From: an uncultured Planctomycetia bacterium
GTDB lineage: Bacteria > Omnitrophota > Gorgyraeia > Gorgyraeales > Gorgyraeaceae
Assembly (NCBI GenBank): GCA_964566255.1
Contig: CAZMID010000004.1
Coordinates: 3,441 to 67,440, forward strand
DNA: 64,000 nucleotides
Direction: 5' to 3'
The notes beneath the pieces are model-generated. The model saw nothing but the letters and a program-made list of their open reading frames with translations. It ran no database searches and was not told the origin of the DNA. The position numbers were made by a program, and so were the translations under genes. Positions 60,340 to 64,000 of the stretch are shown here, one piece after another. Numbering within the stretch: the first letter of the stretch is position 1; every line of letters starts with the position of its first letter.

Positions 60340-61716
60340 TTAAATACCGGCAACTTCTGCTTCTCCTGCCAAATCAACTAAATAATCATACCAGCCAAAA
60401 ACTTCCTTTGCATTACGATGGGCGATCCGAGGACGCTTGGAACCACCACATTCCTCTTTTCGCTGAAAATTACCTATTGTCTGAAATTCTGAAAAGTCTT
60501 TCAGGCGCTCAGGTACCCAATGTATAGGGTCTGCCAAGGCCTCTTGGTACGAAACTGTCCCCGGCAAAGGCTGAAAGATATGAAAACTAAATTTCACTTT
60601 CCCATTTGTTTCACTAATGATCCTCTTTACATATTCGCCTGTCAGCTTAACATCACTTGACGTCTCATAAGGTAGGCAACCTGTTATCATCTGGGCCCTG
60701 ACCTTCAAATTATACTTTGCAGTTAAAAGTAAGGCCTTGTAATTTTGCTCAGATGTATTCTGCTTATTCAAACCCGCTAATACCTGATCAGAAAAATGTT
60801 CCACACCAAAAACTATCCCCACGCATCCAGAATCTACCATCATCTGCAACTTCTTCTCATCTATATGATCTGTTCTTCCCAGGCAAAGCCAATCCAACCC
60901 AGACCGAGACATCTGTTTACATAATTCATCAAGCATATCTTTCTTGGTCAACATGTCATCATCATCAAAATATACCCTATTTATTCCCCATCGCTTTTTA
61001 TGCTGTATAAGTTCATCTACGGCATTTTTTATATTGCGATGGCGAATCCATTTATGACCGGCTTGACCACTCATGCAAAACTTACATCTGCTATAACATC
61101 CACGACTGACCATTACATTAAATTGTAAATCATCTTTATGTTTGTTCAGATAGCTGTATACACCGGGCTTTAGATAACGGTAGATGCCATAATCTTCAAA
61201 CCGTAATGGATAATATTTTTCAATATCTCTTTCCAGTGGCCGTTTACCTGTATCAATAATACTTCCATCTTTACTTAAAAAGACAAGACCGGGAATATTC
61301 GAGATATCTTTCTGACTGGTCATTAATTCCAATATGCATTCTTCGCCCTCACCATTAACTGCAATATCAGCATTACGACTACGTAAACAATCCTCGGGAA
61401 GCGCTATAGCATGAGCGCCTCCGATAACTATCCGCGCCGATGGATTTCTAGATTTTAAAAATGTCGCTAATTCCTGGGCATAAAATATTTGACAGGTTAC
61501 GGCGGAGATGCCATAGAGATCGGCATCTGGAATTACATCCCATGATTCCTGCTTGGTTCCAGCTAAATCTACCAACGTGGAATCAACACCGTTCTTTCGC
61601 AAATAAGAATGGATAGACAAAGGGCCCCTTGCCATAATCTCAGTGTCGGATTTTAAATGGGATGTCGGAAGATTTATTATTACTATCCTACTCCGATCCA
61701 CACCTTTTAAGATCAT
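60340..61716 (-). CDS. Cobalamin(B12)-binding-domain radical SAM enzyme (class B), copy E
   Basis: 458 aa; IVIINLP...GPLSIHSYLRKNGVDSTLVD, SRGCYSRCKFCMSGQ. Confidence 0.75.
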   Translation of the reverse strand: MILKGVDRSRIVIINLPTSHLKSDTEIMARGPLSIHSYLRKNGVDSTLVDLAGTKQESWDVIPDADLYGISAVTCQIFYAQELATFLKSRNPSARIVIGGAHAIALPEDCLRSRNADIAVNGEGEECILELMTSQKDISNIPGLVFLSKDGSIIDTGKRPLERDIEKYYPLRFEDYGIYRYLKPGVYSYLNKHKDDLQFNVMVSRGCYSRCKFCMSGQAGHKWIRHRNIKNAVDELIQHKKRWGINRVYFDDDDMLTKKDMLDELCKQMSRSGLDWLCLGRTDHIDEKKLQMMVDSGCVGIVFGVEHFSDQVLAGLNKQNTSEQNYKALLLTAKYNLKVRAQMITGCLPYETSSDVKLTGEYVKRIISETNGKVKFSFHIFQPLPGTVSYQEALADPIHWVPERLKDFSEFQTIGNFQRKEECGGSKRPRIAHRNAKEVFGWYDYLVDLAGEAEVAGI

Positions 61717-61745
61717 TTGCCTACTTCCTCCTTAAATCCTTAACA

Positions 61746-63137
61746 TCAGGTATAATTCCCTATAAACCTTCTTACTATGTTCCAAAAATTCGAAAAGGAA
61801 CCTAAATTTAAAAGTATCTTTGATAATATTAAAGGACGTAAATGAAATAACAGTATGGCTTTTTTTAACAGAATATCTACCTCTTTTTTGGAAAGATGTG
61901 GGGAGAAGCTTTTCACTACTTTATAATAAGACATATCACCGAAGTCTAAATCATCAAGCTGCCTGTCTTTCTTTAAATCAAAAAAGATCTGGCTTCCAGG
62001 GAATGGCGAAAAACTGGCAAATCCTCCACGTTCTATAGGTAGTCTTTTGGAAAATTCTATCGTATCTAAAATATCCTTACGCGTTTCAGTAGGATAGCCA
62101 ATAATAAACTGGCCTGTTATCCTCATTTTATATTTAGCCAAAAGATTAACTTTTTCCTCTATTTGACTAATATTCAAGTCCTTGTTCATATCATTTAAAA
62201 TTCTCTGAGAACCAGATTCAATCCCAACAGCAACCGCATAACACCCAGCCTCCTTCATAGCCTTAACAACTTCATCATCAATCGAATTTAATTGTATCCC
62301 GTTATTACAATTCCAGAGTATATTTAAACTACTCACTTTATCACAAAATTCTAAAACAGCGCTCTTTTTAAAAGTAAAGTTGTCATCTTGAATTATAATC
62401 TCCTTTACACCAAACCGCTTAACTAAATACTTTATCTCAGCAATAACATTATCTATGTTTCGATACCGAAATCCATTACCATAAACTGACTTTACAGTAC
62501 AAAAATTACATCTCATGGGGCATCCCCGGCTTATAGCTATAGGGACATTTGGAAATCTCTTAGCAAAAACACCTTGTGGCGCATGAGGATATAATGTTGG
62601 CTTAAGTAATTCCCAATCTGGCCAGGGCAATTTGTCAATGTCTCTTATGGATTCTTTTGCATTCTTGACAATTTCTCCATTTCTATTCCGCCAAACCAAA
62701 CCTGGGATACCATGCCAAGAGGCTCCACCTTCAGCTATCATATTTACCAGGGACAAAAAGGCCTGTTCACCTTCGCCTACAATAATAAAATCCAAATCAG
62801 GACCTAAATAATCCATCGTCTCATCCGGTAATGCAGAAGGATGAGGTCCACCTATGACTGTAATTATCTGCGGATTGTATGCTTTAATACAGCGGAGGTA
62901 TCCTTTTACTGTAGCTAGATCAACAGAATAGACTTGTATACCTACAACGCCTGGTTTTACATGACTCAAAAAATTATAAAAAGAATCTATTGTTGAAATT
63001 TTATCTCGGATTGCCTCACATAGAAAAACATCATGCCCACCTTTAAGTTTAAGCATCGAAGCTAAATAGCCCAAGCCCAAAGGAGGCGTAAATGAGTAAG
63101 AAAATTTATTAAATGGACGCGTCAGAAGTACTCTCAC
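61746..63137 (-). CDS. Cobalamin(B12)-binding-domain radical SAM enzyme (class B), copy F
   Basis: 463 aa; VLLTRPFNKF...PPLGLGYLASMLKLKGGHDVFLCE, SRGCPMRCNFCTVKSV. Confidence 0.75.
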   Translation of the reverse strand: MRVLLTRPFNKFSYSFTPPLGLGYLASMLKLKGGHDVFLCEAIRDKISTIDSFYNFLSHVKPGVVGIQVYSVDLATVKGYLRCIKAYNPQIITVIGGPHPSALPDETMDYLGPDLDFIIVGEGEQAFLSLVNMIAEGGASWHGIPGLVWRNRNGEIVKNAKESIRDIDKLPWPDWELLKPTLYPHAPQGVFAKRFPNVPIAISRGCPMRCNFCTVKSVYGNGFRYRNIDNVIAEIKYLVKRFGVKEIIIQDDNFTFKKSAVLEFCDKVSSLNILWNCNNGIQLNSIDDEVVKAMKEAGCYAVAVGIESGSQRILNDMNKDLNISQIEEKVNLLAKYKMRITGQFIIGYPTETRKDILDTIEFSKRLPIERGGFASFSPFPGSQIFFDLKKDRQLDDLDFGDMSYYKVVKSFSPHLSKKEVDILLKKAILLFHLRPLILSKILLNLGSFSNFWNIVRRFIGNYT

Positions 63138-64000
63138 CCTTGCTCCTTTTCTTTTGAATGCCTTCTTTTTATTTCTCTATCATAAGACTTGAGGGCCGCT
63201 TGGATTGTAGCATCCATATCATAATATCTATAGTCTCCTAACCTTCCTCCAAAAATAACATTTTTGAGTCTTTCCTTTTCATCTGAATATTTATTAAAAA
63301 TCTCTTCGTTTCTGAGAGTATTAACTGGATAATATGGGTTACCTCTTGTATCCAATTTAGAGTATTCCCTTACAATTAAAGTCTTCTCTTTTGAATAATT
63401 TCGTTCAACATGTAGATGTTTCGGCTCATGAATACGTGTATAAGGAATAGATAACTCTGTATAATTCATAACAGATACTCCTTGATAATCTTCCAGTTTT
63501 AATATCTCTTTTTCAAAATCTAAAGTCCGCCATTCAAGTTTGCCAAATTTATAATCAAAAAATCTATCAATTGGGCCACTATATATAATAAGGCAATTTG
63601 GAGGGATATTATCTTTTATATCAAAAAAATCAATATTGAGACGTAAATCTATATTTTTATGATCCAGCATCCGTTTAAATATTTGACTGTATCCATCAAA
63701 AGGTATTCCTTGCCATCTATCAAAAAAATAGTTTTCATTGTAATTTCTTCTAACAGGCAATCTATCAATAATAGATGTTGGGAGTTCCCTGGGATCTCTC
63801 TGCCATTGTTTTTCTGTGTATCCTTTTATGAAGGCCTTATATAGGGGGCGTCCAACCAGCGATATTGCTTTTTCTTCTAAGTTTTTCGGCTCTGTAATCT
63901 TTCCCTTATTTATCTCAGCCCGTAAAAAATCATATACTTCAAATGGCCTTAGGTTAACATTATAAAAAGAATTGATTGTCTCCAAATTGATAGGCATCTG
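63134..64000 (-). CDS. glf: UDP-galactopyranose mutase, C-terminal ~288 aa (gene continues past window end)
   Basis: Translation aligns by eye along its length with E. coli Glf: NLEEKAISLVGRPLYKAFIKGYTEKQW, PVRRNYNENYFFDRWQGIP, YSGPIDRFFDYKFGKLEWRTLDFE, IPYTRIHEPKH, NPYYPVN, VIFGGRLGDYRYYDM. Frame open through position 64000. Confidence 0.85.
   Translation of the reverse strand, partial: QMPINLETINSFYNVNLRPFEVYDFLRAEINKGKITEPKNLEEKAISLVGRPLYKAFIKGYTEKQWQRDPRELPTSIIDRLPVRRNYNENYFFDRWQGIPFDGYSQIFKRMLDHKNIDLRLNIDFFDIKDNIPPNCLIIYSGPIDRFFDYKFGKLEWRTLDFEKEILKLEDYQGVSVMNYTELSIPYTRIHEPKHLHVERNYSKEKTLIVREYSKLDTRGNPYYPVNTLRNEEIFNKYSDEKERLKNVIFGGRLGDYRYYDMDATIQAALKSYDREIKRRHSKEKEQG

Overview
AT-rich (by eye roughly 33-37% GC) bacterial chromosomal window in which every gene I can support lies on the minus strand. 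Coordinates ~1-12200 hold housekeeping genes: priA (5' part), a family-4 uracil-DNA glycosylase, a XerC/D-type recombinase, an MBL-fold hydrolase, a lipoprotein, ligA, acylphosphatase, tRNA-Pro(CGG), rmuC, and a riboflavin operon (ribBA-ribH-nusB-PHP-ribD-ribE). The rib operon is preceded by a consensus sigma70 promoter and a textbook FMN riboswitch with an intrinsic terminator. From ~12197 to the window end (and beyond) runs one ~52 kb co-directional glycan/lipid-decoration super-operon of about 45 tightly packed, frequently overlapping genes. It contains many glycosyltransferases (GT4, GT2, two GT2/GT-C-like pairs), a WecA-like initiating transferase, a Wzx-like flippase, aminosugar tailoring (two DegT aminotransferases, two formyltransferases, two LbH acetyltransferases, a Gfo/Idh/MocA oxidoreductase, SDR epimerases/dehydratases, AsnB and a WbuX/PseA-type amidotransferase), a nonulosonic-acid synthase plus CMP-transferase module, UDP-galactopyranose mutase (partial at the edge), and a complete 2-aminoethylphosphonate (AEP) cassette: a PEP-mutase::nucleotidyltransferase fusion, a two-subunit phosphonopyruvate decarboxylase, a PhnW-like transaminase, a LicC-like cytidylyltransferase and a CDP-alcohol phosphotransferase. 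The most unusual feature is six divergent cobalamin(B12)-binding radical SAM enzymes plus one SPASM-type radical SAM and three SAM methyltransferases (one fused to an APH-like kinase) spread through the locus. Together these suggest a heavily C-/N-methylated, phosphonate-, formyl- and nonulosonate-decorated surface glycan whose chemistry is likely undescribed. All functional calls rest on motifs read from the supplied ORF translations; no database search was possible.
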